Shown here: piece by piece, positions 52,837 through 60,259 of the stretch
Layout of the letters: each line of letters opens with the position of its first letter
How positions within the stretch are numbered: position 1 is the stretch's first letter
From: an uncultured Thermoplasmata archaeon
Lineage (GTDB): Archaea > Thermoplasmatota > Thermoplasmata > UBA10834
Length of the DNA stretch: 64,000 nt
Direction: 5' to 3'
Assembly (NCBI GenBank): GCA_964644565.1
Contig: CAZXWO010000005.1
Location: 3,320-67,319, forward strand
The notes under the pieces: model-generated
Database searches by the model: none
What the model saw: only the letters and a program-made list of their open reading frames with translations
What the model was told of the DNA's origin: nothing
Program-made: the position numbers and the translations under genes

Positions 52837-53793
52837 GTGCTTGATCTGATACCGTCCGAGCTCATCCGGGACTTCGAGATGCAGATGAAGGAGCTGCGCA
52901 TAGGCCACACCCCCCTGCGTCGCGCCCAGAAGCTCGAGAAGAAGCTCGACGTCCGGAGGCTGCACCTGAAGGTCGAGGGGGAGAACCCCTCGGGCACCCA
53001 CAAGGACAGGATGGCGCTCCTGCTCGCGCTCGACGCGAGGAACAAGGGCATCAAGACGATGGCCGCCGTCACGTGCGGCAACTACGGCGCGGCCCTCGCA
53101 TACGTCTGCGGCAAGCTCGACATGGAGTGCCAGATCTACGTCCCGTCGACGTTCGCCGCCACCAGGAACAGGGACATAGAGGCGTACGGCGGCAGGATCG
53201 TCGTCGCGGAGGGGGACTACGAGGCGGCGCTGAAGGCCTCGATGAGGGACATCGAGAGGAACCGGTGGTACAACGCCAACCCTGGCGGCGTGAACAAGGA
53301 GATCGCCGTCTACTCCTACTCGTTCATATCGCGGGAGATGGCCCAGGAACTGGGCAGGCAGCCGGACTGGGCGTCGGTCCCATTCGGGAACGGCACCGTC
53401 ATTGCGGGGATATGGCAGGGCTTCAGGGCGATGAGCATGAAGCCCAGGATTCTCGCCTACTCGAACAACAACTCGGCGGTCAGGGGCCTGGTCAGCAGGT
53501 CCAGGGACCCAATACCCGTCCCCGACCTGACCATAACGGAGGTCAACGAGCCCCTCTCGGGCAACTTCCTCCTGGACGACCGCGAGGGCATGGACGCGAT
53601 CCTCGAGTCCAACGGCACCGCGTTCGAGATCAGCGACGGGGACCTGGTCAAGGCCTCCGAGCTCATCAAGGCGGAGGAGGGCCTCGACGTCCTGCCGGCC
53701 TCCGCGGGCGCCATAACCGCCATAAAGCGCCTCGACTCGCGGAACCACACATTCGTGGCCGTCATCACGGGAAGGGGCCACGGGCCGCACTGA
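52837..53793 (+). CDS. PLP-dependent enzyme, fold type II (threonine synthase/cysteine synthase superfamily)
   Basis: HLKVEGENPSGTHKDR (Lys-containing PALP motif)...TCGNYGAALA...PFGNGT. GTG start. Confidence 0.75.
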   Translation: MLDLIPSELIRDFEMQMKELRIGHTPLRRAQKLEKKLDVRRLHLKVEGENPSGTHKDRMALLLALDARNKGIKTMAAVTCGNYGAALAYVCGKLDMECQIYVPSTFAATRNRDIEAYGGRIVVAEGDYEAALKASMRDIERNRWYNANPGGVNKEIAVYSYSFISREMAQELGRQPDWASVPFGNGTVIAGIWQGFRAMSMKPRILAYSNNNSAVRGLVSRSRDPIPVPDLTITEVNEPLSGNFLLDDREGMDAILESNGTAFEISDGDLVKASELIKAEEGLDVLPASAGAITAIKRLDSRNHTFVAVITGRGHGPH

Positions 53794-53840
53794 ACGATGG
53801 ACAGATCTGGGCACCGCTCCGCCCGACCATCCGACCAACA

Positions 53841-53848
53841 TATTAATA
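53841..53848 (+). promoter_or_regulatory. TATA box (TATTAATA) of the ilv operon
   Basis: AT-rich octamer whose centre is about 27 nt upstream of the ATG at 53872, a leaderless geometry. Confidence 0.5.
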
Positions 53849-53871
53849 CATCAAGGTACATTGCCAGCCCG

Positions 53872-53958
53872 ATGGACGCAGCCGCAGGTCGTATCCGGTT
53901 GGTTCTTCTCGTCGTGACCCTAGGGGTCCTTGTCGACCTGCGGACCGATGGCCTGTAA
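53872..53958 (+). promoter_or_regulatory. 28-codon Ile/Leu/Val-rich upstream ORF (candidate ilv leader peptide): MDAAAGRIRLVLLVVTLGVLVDLRTDGL
   Basis: The ATG sits at the predicted TSS. 13 of 28 codons are I/L/V. An 8-bp stem (53884-91 with 53934-41) lies inside it. CGACCT is repeated at 53934-39 and 53967-72. It ends 65 nt before the ilvB ATG. Confidence 0.4.
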
Positions 53959-54023
53959 CGGGCGCGCGACCTTTGGGGTGTTGTGATGTCCGTTCGGGCC
54001 GATGCAAGGAGTGTGAACAAACG

Positions 54024-55703
54024 ATGAAGGGCGCAAGGGCAGCCGTCGAGTTGCTGGAGAGGCAGAAGGTGGACGTGATGTTCGGCATACCCGGCGGCGT
54101 CCTCCTCCCCTTCTACGACGAGCTGGCGCAGTCCGACATAAGGCACATACTCGTCAGGCACGAGCAGTGCGCGGCGCACATGGCCGACGGGTACGCGCGC
54201 GTCTCGAAGAGGCCGGGGGTGTGCGTGGCGACGTCCGGACCGGGCGCCACCAACCTCGTGACTGGCGTGGCGACCGCGTTCATGGACTCCTCGCCCATCG
54301 TCGCCCTCACCGGGCAGGTGGCGACGGGGGTTCTCGGCAACGACGCGTTCCAGGAGGCGGACGCCTTCAGCCTCATGATGCCCATAACCAAGCACAACTT
54401 CAGGATCACGGACCCCAAGGACCTGGCCGAGACAGTCAACAAGGCGTTCATGATCGCCATGACCGGCCGGTACGGTCCGGTCCACATCGACCTGCCGACG
54501 GACATACTCACCTCCGACATCGCCGAGGAGGACCTGGCCAAGACAGTGAGGGTGCCAAAGCCCAAGAGGAACCTCTCGGGGCTCCTGGACGCCATAAAGC
54601 TCCTCGAGTCGGCGGAGAGGCCGACGATAATGGTCGGGGGTGGCGTCGCGTGGTCGAGGGCCGGCGGCGAGATAACCCGCCTCGCGGAGATACTCATGGC
54701 GCCCATAGTCACCACCCTCATGGCCAAGGGCTCCGTCCCAGACAACCACCCGTTGGTGCTCGGGGTGTGCGGGATGCACGGAAGGCAGGTGGCCAACTAC
54801 GCGCTCAACAACTGCGACGTCCTGCTCGCCATAGGCACCAGGTTCAGCGACAGGGTCACGGGGAAGCTCAGCGAGTTCGGCGCCAAGACGAAGGTCGTCC
54901 ACGTCGACATCGACTCGTCCGAGATCGGCAAGAACGTCAAGGGCAGGGTCGGCCTCGTCGGGGACGCCTGGACGGTGGTCAACGCCCTCATCGCGGGCCT
55001 GCAGAAGAGGAAGAAGAAGGACACCTGGATCGAGCGGATGAAGGCGCTCAACAAGGAGTGCAGCTGCGACCACGACCTCCGGTCCGACCCGATCAAGCCG
55101 CAGAAGGTAATACACGAGCTGTCGAAGAACCTCCCCGACGACGCCATAGTGACGACGGAGGTCGGGCAGAACCAGATGTGGGCGTCGCACTTCTACAAGT
55201 GCTACGGCAAGAGGATGTTCATCACATCGGGCGGCCTCGGCACGATGGGCTTCGGGTTCCCGGCGGCACTCGGGGCGAAGGTCGCAAGGCCCGGGAGCGT
55301 CGTGGTGGACATCGCGGGGGACGGGAGCCTGCAGATGGTGTCGCACGAGTTCGCCACCGCTGTCGAGAGCGGCATACCCGTCGTGGTGTGCCTCCTCGAC
55401 AACGGGTGGCTCGGCATGGTCAAGCAGTGGCAGAAGCACTTCTACGGGTCGAGGTACATGGCCACGAAGTTCAGCGGCACGCCCGACTTCGTGAAGCTCG
55501 CCGAGGCGTACGGCGCGGAGGCCATCAGGGTGGAGAGACACTCGGAGGTCGCCGAGGCCATAAAGAGGGCCTCCAAGTGCGAGGTGCCCATCCTCCTGGA
55601 CTTCATCGTCGACCCGGAGGAGGACGTCCTGCCGATGACGCCTCCGGGAAAGAGGACCTCGGAGTGCATAAAGGGCAGGTGCCAGTGGAAAGGGGGTGCG
55701 TGA
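54024..55703 (+). CDS. ilvB: Acetolactate synthase (acetohydroxyacid synthase) large subunit
   Basis: GARAAVELLERQKVDVMFGIPGG...TSGPGATN...GGLGTMGFGFPAALGA...GDGS.QM is the ThDP-enzyme pattern of IlvB. Start at 54024 within track ORF 53973..55703. Confidence 0.92.
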   Translation: MKGARAAVELLERQKVDVMFGIPGGVLLPFYDELAQSDIRHILVRHEQCAAHMADGYARVSKRPGVCVATSGPGATNLVTGVATAFMDSSPIVALTGQVATGVLGNDAFQEADAFSLMMPITKHNFRITDPKDLAETVNKAFMIAMTGRYGPVHIDLPTDILTSDIAEEDLAKTVRVPKPKRNLSGLLDAIKLLESAERPTIMVGGGVAWSRAGGEITRLAEILMAPIVTTLMAKGSVPDNHPLVLGVCGMHGRQVANYALNNCDVLLAIGTRFSDRVTGKLSEFGAKTKVVHVDIDSSEIGKNVKGRVGLVGDAWTVVNALIAGLQKRKKKDTWIERMKALNKECSCDHDLRSDPIKPQKVIHELSKNLPDDAIVTTEVGQNQMWASHFYKCYGKRMFITSGGLGTMGFGFPAALGAKVARPGSVVVDIAGDGSLQMVSHEFATAVESGIPVVVCLLDNGWLGMVKQWQKHFYGSRYMATKFSGTPDFVKLAEAYGAEAIRVERHSEVAEAIKRASKCEVPILLDFIVDPEEDVLPMTPPGKRTSECIKGRCQWKGGA

Positions 55704-56066
55704 ATGGAAGTGTTGATGTTGCTCGTCTACGACCAGCCTGGAGTCATGCAGCGGGTCATGGGCGAGTTCACCAGAAAGCGGATAAACGTCGAGACCATCG
55801 TGGTCGGCAAGTGCGAGATGCCTGAGAGGGCCAGGATCGTGCTCTCGGTGGAGAACAGGGAGAGGGCGCTGAACGTCATAGAGCATCTGAGGGCCCTCCA
55901 AGAGGTAATAGAGGCGGACATAGTCGCGCCCGACAGGCACGAGGCGTACGCCATCCTCCTCGGCAATAGCGGAGTCTGCAGGGTGACCGGGACGGTCGAG
56001 GAGGTGGAGGCTCTCATCAAGAAGAGCCAGCCACAGAGGTACATAGAGGCGATGAACGCGATATGA
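55704..56066 (+). CDS. ilvN: Acetolactate synthase small (regulatory) subunit, short form (single ACT domain)
   Basis: LMLLVYDQPGVMQRVMGEFTRKRINVETIVVG....ARIVLSV matches the IlvN/IlvH ACT domain. 120 aa. The ATG immediately follows the ilvB stop. Confidence 0.75.
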   Translation: MEVLMLLVYDQPGVMQRVMGEFTRKRINVETIVVGKCEMPERARIVLSVENRERALNVIEHLRALQEVIEADIVAPDRHEAYAILLGNSGVCRVTGTVEEVEALIKKSQPQRYIEAMNAI

Positions 56067-56073
56067 GACGGGA

Positions 56074-57063
56074 GTGGTGACAATGGCAAGGATGTACTAC
56101 AACAAGGACGCGAACCTGAACGTCCTCAAGGGCAAGAAGGTCGCGACCATAGGGTACGGAATACAGGGGAGGGCGCAGTCCCTCAACCTGCGGGACAGCG
56201 GTGTGGACGTGGTGGTCGGGCTGAAGTTCAGGGACGACTACTGGAAGCAGGCCAAGGCCGACAAGATGGAGATCCTGGACATACCCGAGGCCGTCAAGGC
56301 CGCGGACATAGTCATGATGCTCATCCCGGACGAGGTCCAGAAGATGGTGTACGACGCCGACGTCGCGCCGAACCTGAGGCCGGGCATGACGCTAGACTTC
56401 GCCCACGGGTTCAACATACACTTCAAGCTCATCGTCCCGCCGAAGGACGTCGACGTGATCATGGTGGCCCCGAAGGGACCGGGCGCCCTGGTGAGGGAAA
56501 CCTTCCTCGCCGGGAACGGCGTCCCCTCCCTGATAGCGGTCCACCAGGACCACTCAGGGAAGGCGAAGAAGACCGCCCTCGCGATGGCCAAGGGGCTGGG
56601 CGCGACCACGAGGGGCGTCATCGAGACGACCTTCAAGGAGGAGACCGAGACGGACCTGTTCGGCGAGCAGGCGGACCTCTGCGGCGGCGCGAGCGAGCTG
56701 GTCAAGAAGTCATTCGAGGTCCTGGTCGAGGCCGGCTACCAGCCGGAGATCGCCTACTTCGAGGTCCTGCACGAGCTGAAGCTCATCATCGACCTCGTGC
56801 AGAAGGGCGGGATCGAGGGGATGTGGGACAACGTGTCCAACACCGCCGAGTACGGCGGCAGGACCCGCGGTCCCAGAATCATCGACGACCGCGTGAAGGA
56901 GAGCATGAGGGTGATACTGAAGGACGTCCAGTCAGGCGCCTTCGCGAAGGAGTGGGTCCAGGAGTGCAGCTCGGGCCTGCCCACCCTGACGAAGCTCCGT
57001 AAGGAAGGCGAGAAGTCCCAGATCGAGGTCGTCGGCAGGTCCATCAGGAAGATGTTCAAGTAA
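56074..57063 (+). CDS. ilvC: Ketol-acid reductoisomerase
   Basis: VATIGYGIQGRAQSLNLRDSG..V.VGL...FAHGFNIHF...LFGEQA.LCGG...AEYG. Alternative ATG at 56083. Confidence 0.92.
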   Translation: MVTMARMYYNKDANLNVLKGKKVATIGYGIQGRAQSLNLRDSGVDVVVGLKFRDDYWKQAKADKMEILDIPEAVKAADIVMMLIPDEVQKMVYDADVAPNLRPGMTLDFAHGFNIHFKLIVPPKDVDVIMVAPKGPGALVRETFLAGNGVPSLIAVHQDHSGKAKKTALAMAKGLGATTRGVIETTFKEETETDLFGEQADLCGGASELVKKSFEVLVEAGYQPEIAYFEVLHELKLIIDLVQKGGIEGMWDNVSNTAEYGGRTRGPRIIDDRVKESMRVILKDVQSGAFAKEWVQECSSGLPTLTKLRKEGEKSQIEVVGRSIRKMFK

Positions 57064-57118
57064 CGGCCGCAGCCGCAAGGCATAGATACCTAGCGGCCGT
57101 TTTTGTACGCCGAGGCAG

Positions 57119-57913
57119 GTGACGAACGTGGAACGCTGCATCCCGGAAGGCAGGAGGCTCGGCAGGTTCGAAGGACCTGACGGGGTCTTCATGGGGCTCC
57201 TCGACGGGGGCCGCGTCGAGGCGACCGTGTCCGGCGACCTTGCGGGCGTCATCTCCCAGGGCTGCGGGGGCACCGGGAGGACCTACCCCCTGGAGGAGCT
57301 GCGGGTCCTGGCCCCGGTGCACAGGCCGTCGAAGATCATATGCATAGGCCTCAACTACCGGAGCCACATCAGGGAGATGGGCTGGGAGACGCCCGAGGTC
57401 CCGATCATATTCACGAAGCCGTCCTCCGCCATAGTGGGCCCGGGGGAGGGCATAGTGCTTCCCGGCGCGTCGTCGAGGGTGGACTTCGAGGGGGAATCGG
57501 CCTTCGTCGTAGGGAGCAGGGCGAGGAGGGCTTCCGACGGGGAAGCGCACATATTCGGATACACCTGCATGAACGACGTCACTGCGAGGGACCTCCAGAA
57601 GACCGACCCTGACTGGACGCGGGCGAAGGGGTTCGACACCTTCGCACCCGTCGGCCCGTTCATATCCGGGCGGCCGCCCACGGTGGTCGAGACACGCCTC
57701 AACGGGAGGGTAGTCCAGAGCTCCCCCCTCTCGGACAGGGTGTTCGGCGACGCGGCGCTGGTCGAGTACATCTCGACCGTCATGACGCTCGAGCCGGGGG
57801 ACGTCGTCGCGACGGGCACCCCCTCGGGGATCGCCCCGATGAAGGCGGGCGACGTGGTCGAGGTAGAGCTCGACGGAGTTGGATGTCTTAAGAACCCGGT
57901 CGTCGCTAGGTGA
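57119..57913 (+). CDS. Fumarylacetoacetate hydrolase (FAH) family protein
   Basis: KIICIGLNYRSHIREMG...P.IFTKPSSA.VGPG..I..P.....VDFEGE.A.V.G...GYT..NDVTARD.Q......W...KGFDTF.P.GP...PGD...TGTP.G. Confidence 0.85.
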   Translation: MTNVERCIPEGRRLGRFEGPDGVFMGLLDGGRVEATVSGDLAGVISQGCGGTGRTYPLEELRVLAPVHRPSKIICIGLNYRSHIREMGWETPEVPIIFTKPSSAIVGPGEGIVLPGASSRVDFEGESAFVVGSRARRASDGEAHIFGYTCMNDVTARDLQKTDPDWTRAKGFDTFAPVGPFISGRPPTVVETRLNGRVVQSSPLSDRVFGDAALVEYISTVMTLEPGDVVATGTPSGIAPMKAGDVVEVELDGVGCLKNPVVAR

Positions 57914-57937
57914 CCGGGCAGAAGGAGGGATGAAGAG

Positions 57938-58861
57938 ATGGCAATAGAGCCGAGCGAGAAGATCTGGAAGAACGGGCAGTTGATACCGTGGAAGGACGCG
58001 ACAGTGCACGTGCTCACGCACGGGCTGCACTACGGGACCGGGGCATTCGAGGGCATAAGGTGCTACAGCACCGAGAAGGGCCCTGCGGTCTTCAGGCTCA
58101 GGGACCACATCGCAAGGCTCCACACGTCGGCCAAGGCCATCCAGATGAGGATCCCGTACACGGTCGACCAGCTCTGCGAGGCGACCAAGGAGACCATCAG
58201 GGTCAACAAGCTCGGGGCCTGCTACATACGCCCCATCGCGTTCTTCGGCGTCCAGGGCATAGGCGTGAACCCCATCGGCTACCCCGTGGACACCTTCGTG
58301 ATCGCGTTCCCGATGGGTGCGTACCTCGGCGAGGAGGGGATGAAGAAGGGCATACGGGTCCACACCTCCTCCTGGCACAGGATACCGGTGGGCTCCGCGC
58401 CGGCGACGGCCAAGATCTGCGGCGACTACCTCAACAGCGCCCTCGCGGTGATGGAGGCGAAGATGAACGGGTTCGAGGAGACCATAATGCTCAACGACCT
58501 CCACATGGTGGCCGAGGGCTCCGGCGAGAACATATTCATGGTCAAGGACGGCAGGGTGCTGACCCCGCCGACGAACGCGGGCATCCTCCCGGGGATAACC
58601 AGGGAGTCGGTGATGACGGTGGCGAGGGACATGGGGTACGAGGTCGTCGAGCAGAACTTCTCGAGGGGCGAGCTCTTCCTGGCGGACGAGCTGTTCTTCA
58701 CGGGCACGGCCGCCGAGGTCACCCCCATAAGGGAGGTCGACAGGCGCCAGGTCGGCGACGGCGTGCCGGGCCCGGTGACCCTATCCATCCAGAAGACCTA
58801 CCTGGAGGCCGTCAGGGGTAAGCTGGACAGGTACCGCACCTGGCTGGACCCGGTCGGGTGA
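57938..58861 (+). CDS. ilvE: Branched-chain amino acid aminotransferase
   Basis: IWKNGQLIPWKDATVHVLTHGLHYGTGAFEGIR.Y...YIRP....G...LGV...GITR.SV...A...G..V.E.....EL..ADE.FFTGTAAEV.P. Confidence 0.92.
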   Translation: MAIEPSEKIWKNGQLIPWKDATVHVLTHGLHYGTGAFEGIRCYSTEKGPAVFRLRDHIARLHTSAKAIQMRIPYTVDQLCEATKETIRVNKLGACYIRPIAFFGVQGIGVNPIGYPVDTFVIAFPMGAYLGEEGMKKGIRVHTSSWHRIPVGSAPATAKICGDYLNSALAVMEAKMNGFEETIMLNDLHMVAEGSGENIFMVKDGRVLTPPTNAGILPGITRESVMTVARDMGYEVVEQNFSRGELFLADELFFTGTAAEVTPIREVDRRQVGDGVPGPVTLSIQKTYLEAVRGKLDRYRTWLDPVG

Positions 58862-58930
58862 GGCCCCCGCGGAGCAACCAATAAATACCCGCCCGGACAA
58901 TACATCGTCTGACGATTGTCATACGAAGGG

Positions 58931-59224
58931 ATGGGCGAGATGGCAGCTTACACGTTTGAGGATCTCGTGAGCCAGGCTGAGGCAAGAGGCGTCACGCTCG
59001 CGGAGGTGCTCTCCTCAGAACTGTCAGCCAAGGACATGGACGAGATGCAGCAGGAGCTCGGGCAGAGGATGACGGAGAACTACAGCTCCATAGAGGGTTT
59101 CATGGCCGGGGTGGACATACCCAGCATCGCCGATTTCTCTGGCCTGTCCATGGCGGACCTGGACGAGTTCCAGGCGGAGGTGCTGGCCGCCCTGTCAGAC
59201 GAGACCCTGTCGGCCCACTGCTGA
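58931..59224 (+). CDS. Small acidic hypothetical protein with an internal repeat (LSxxDxDExQxE)
   Basis: About 97 aa and D/E-rich. LSAKDMDEMQQEL and LSMADLDEFQAEV look like two copies of one motif. TATA-like AATAAATACC at 58880-89. The track start is TTG 58916. Confidence 0.45.
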   Translation: MGEMAAYTFEDLVSQAEARGVTLAEVLSSELSAKDMDEMQQELGQRMTENYSSIEGFMAGVDIPSIADFSGLSMADLDEFQAEVLAALSDETLSAHC

Positions 59225-59241
59225 GGCCCCCCGGGCCCGCA

Positions 59242-60066
59242 TCAGTCCTTCTTCCTGAAGATCCTGTTCTCAGCGTCGACCAGTTCGTAGTGCACCCTGG
59301 GCCCACCGACCATCGACTCGGTCCTCCCCAGCATGAGGTAGCCGTTGGGCCTGAGGGACCTGTGCAGGTTCATCAGCACCTTGTCGTGCATCGGCCGCGA
59401 GAAGTATATCAGGACGTTCCTGCAGACGACGACGTCGAAGAACCTGGACCTCGGCTCGTCCAGGAGGTTCTCGTTGACGAACCTCACCCTCCTCCGCAGG
59501 GCCTCGCCGACGCTGTACGAGTCCCCCTCCTCCACGAAGTAGTCACGCAGGTAGTGCAGCGGGACCCTGCTCACCTGCTCCCTGGTATAGACGCCCTTCC
59601 TCGCGAACGCGAGCGCGCTCTTCGAGAGGTCGCCCCCGGTGACTGTCCCGATTATGTTCTCGTCCTCCCCCGCCTTCGTGAGCTCCTGGTCGAGGCACAT
59701 CGCGAGGGTGTAGAGCTCCTGGCCGGTCGCACAGCCCGCGCTCCATATCCTCACGATCCCGCCGGTGCCGACCTTGGACCTGATGACGGGCCTGAGGACC
59801 TTCTCAGAGAGGGCCTCGAACGCCCCCTCGTCCCTGAAGAAGTCCGTCACGTTGATGGACAGGGCGCCGACCAGGGCCGTGGTCTCCTCCTCGCTAGCCA
59901 GGAGGAGCTTGACATACTCTGCGAGGTCCCCGGCGCCCGAGCGACCCTGGCGCTTCCTCACGCTCCTGAGGACGAAGGTCGGGGAGTAGCCGCTCACATC
60001 GAGGCTCCTGGACTTCATCAGGTGGAGCCTGACTGACTCGAGTTGTTTGACCTCTGACTGTTCCAT
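59242..60066 (-). CDS. cheR: Chemotaxis protein methyltransferase CheR
   Basis: ...INVTDFFRD...FEAL......R.WSAGCATGQE.Y.LAM...V.CRNVLIYF. The first in-frame ATG (60066) sits at the TSS predicted from a TATA-like GAATATCTAA (60091-60100). The track start at 60084 is GTG. Confidence 0.9.
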   Translation of the reverse strand: MEQSEVKQLESVRLHLMKSRSLDVSGYSPTFVLRSVRKRQGRSGAGDLAEYVKLLLASEEETTALVGALSINVTDFFRDEGAFEALSEKVLRPVIRSKVGTGGIVRIWSAGCATGQELYTLAMCLDQELTKAGEDENIIGTVTGGDLSKSALAFARKGVYTREQVSRVPLHYLRDYFVEEGDSYSVGEALRRRVRFVNENLLDEPRSRFFDVVVCRNVLIYFSRPMHDKVLMNLHRSLRPNGYLMLGRTESMVGGPRVHYELVDAENRIFRKKD

Positions 60067-60150
60067 CTGAGCGGTTCCATGCACCTGAGGTTAGATATTC
60101 CCTTCGCAAGGCACCGGCCCCCCATCATCACTCATGAGAGCAGAGACGAC

Positions 60151-60163
60151 ATATTTTTATATG
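60151..60163 (+). promoter_or_regulatory. TATA box (ATATTTTTATATG) for the MCP-cheW-cheY-cheB operon
   Basis: Strongest AT-rich element in the window. It predicts a TSS near 60184, which excludes the track start codons at 60134 and 60161. Confidence 0.55.
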
Positions 60164-60259
60164 AACCAACCCAATTTTGACCTCCATGCGAGAGCGCATC
60201 CGTCCAGCAGAGGCTCCGGACGGGGGCGTCTCTCGCCCGCGCGTCGAACGGGTGATCGT

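Noticed and set aside
53457-55940. 827-aa minus-strand ORF.
   Set aside because: It is antisense to ilvB, ilvN and the PLP enzyme gene. The translation is Arg/Pro/Gly/His-rich junk typical of off-frame high-GC DNA, while the plus-strand products have unmistakable family motifs.
60134-60259. Track start codons (ATG 60134 and ATG 60161) for the MCP gene, giving a 42-aa Arg/Ser-rich N-terminal extension.
   Set aside because: The strongest TATA box of the window (60151-63) overlaps or follows these ATGs, so the transcript should start near 60184. The extension is non-hydrophobic junk preceding the first TM helix.
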